A stretch of 60,634 bases of DNA, filler included, from Asterionella formosa (Eukaryota), in NCBI GenBank assembly GCA_002256025.1. It is 6 parts of 6 records of this genome, joined end to end, with 100 filler letters (N's around TTAATTAATTAA, not from the genome) between each part and the next. Parts side by side here need not be neighbours in the genome. Positions count along the whole stretch, not along the records: positions 50,629 to 60,634 come from NKIB01009972.1; 5 more parts are not named here. One strand, given 5' to 3'. Every line of letters starts with the position of its first letter. Within the stretch, counting starts at the first letter, position 1. The translations under genes were made by a program, and so were the position numbers. This document shows positions 59,230 through 60,634 of the stretch, in pieces. The notes under the pieces were generated by a model. That model worked only from the letters and a program-made list of their open reading frames with translations, searched no databases and was not told the origin of the DNA.

Positions 59230-60634
59230 TTAAGTAGGTTGTGGAGTAGTTGTTAAGATGTTGATCAAGTCAAGTTGTGTATCACACAAGGAAAACTATG
59301 CCATACATGTTTTCCTTTACCTAAATGGATATTGACATGGACAAGTGAATAGAGTGAATCGTGCTACATGTAGGAAGTATTCACATGTGTTAGTTGTAAT
59401 GTTGTAAACAGTGGATTTAGTACTATTTGTCATGGACCAAGTCTTGTGGCTGATAGAGCTGGAGAGAAACAACTCAAACAGTCTTAAACATGTACACCTG
59501 TTTAGATAAACTCATTGAAGAATATTAAAATGAATCACCTTGTCACTATACTGTATTGCTCAAGTGTCGGTAGGATAGCCAAGACTAGTAGCTCCTCCTG
59601 GCAGCAGTATAGCAGTGTAAATGGAACAGCAATAATTCATTTGGACATTGTAACTGCATAAAATCATACACTATTCCTCTTAACTATTACCAGTGCTCTA
59701 GAATCCCATGGATAAATGCTTTTCCTCCTTGCAAAGGAGTAACACCAGCAATGTCTACAGTCTCCACTGAAGGATGGCGGCATGTATAATGCTGATTGTT
59801 ACCATAATTTACAACCATTTTGTCTACTACTGCAGAGTACACTTTTGCCATCCAAGGATCGAAAAGCTCATCATCACTGCTCATCCTCAAAACCTGTTAA
59901 AAAAGGGACAAAATCTCTTGTCTTGGTGATGGCCTTTAAACAACTTATATCTTCAACAGCTGCATTGAATTGACATAAATACATTCCAAGTGCAAAGATT
60001 AGACAATTAAACATTGGATTGGGATAAGCAGGCCTTGAGAATCTTGAATGGTCACCTTTTAAATATTTATCCCTCAAAAGTGCTTGTTTTTGGTCATCAC
60101 AACGGCCATTGCAATGGCCATCACTTACCTTCTCTTATCTTATCTTTGTTCCTTACTAATGTGATCTTGTGGATTGCTTGTTCACTGCTGCTTCAAGAAT
60201 TGTAATTATGAGATGATGGTTCCTCGAGGGCACTCATTCCAATTTAGTTTTGAGCGATTTTAACATTGGTTGTCAAGGCAAGGCAAAGCAAAGATTTTGA
60301 AATTACAAAGCAAAATGCACAGGACATTTGGTCTGAGAAGGAGGAATGAGCCATGACAAGTTTGATGAACCTCAAAACTGCCAAGGAAGATAGTTAATGC
60401 TAGAATATAATTAATAACATACATTAGTAAGTGGAAAGGATTAGTAAGTTCAATTATATAGCACCATTATGAATCATATGTGGTTGAGAACAAGTATTTT
60501 CATTGCTTTGGTCCACCTTGCTTGCTTTGTGTACTTCACAACAATTATTTCAAAGTATGTATGGCCATTAGTTGAGAACAAAATGCAATGCATTCAAGAT
60601 TTAATTGCCTTTCTGTTTTCCTTCCTCCAAAGAT

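Noticed and set aside
59650..60300. Short minus-strand ORFs with protein-like composition (also 23970-24490 and 5640-6480)
   Set aside because: Fragmented, with no recognisable motif. Possibly old pseudogene or TE debris, but I cannot support a call.
1..60634. Treating the window as one gene cluster (e.g. PCCB + DGAT1 lipid cluster, or HAD fusion + PNKP)
   Set aside because: These genes are on different contigs joined arbitrarily.

Overview
This is eukaryotic DNA, most likely from a diatom. The evidence is compact genes with short GT-AG introns, a PH-domain DGAT1, DUF6824 and M11 gametolysin families, and CoDi-type copia and RNase H-bearing LINE elements. The window is not one locus. It is six ~10 kb contigs in decreasing length (1-10038, 10139-20173, 20274-30303, 30404-40418, 40519-50528, 50629-60634), joined by an artificial 100-nt linker (N44-TTAATTAATTAA-N44), so gene order across linkers carries no information. 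Contig 1 is mostly decayed LINE fragments plus a ~180-bp coding-like tandem repeat. Recognisable genes elsewhere are a CNDP2-type M20 dipeptidase, a TMEM33-like protein, a DUF6824 protein, a pseudo-receiver protein, PCCB, UXT, an M11 metalloprotease, a JmjC protein, the 3' part of DEPDC5/Iml1, DGAT1 and a tandem zeta-toxin-like kinase. There are also hAT, mariner and copia elements. The most interesting items are (i) an intronless PIP-box/PNKP phosphatase-kinase/aldo-keto reductase fusion, (ii) an intronless HAD phosphatase/SAM-fold/MDR dehydrogenase triple fusion that looks prokaryote-derived, (iii) three dispersed copies of a tRNA-derived, SINE-like head, and (iv) recurrent GGTACC/TACCGGTA palindrome clusters in intergenic DNA. 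All family assignments come from recognising motifs by eye; no searches were run.
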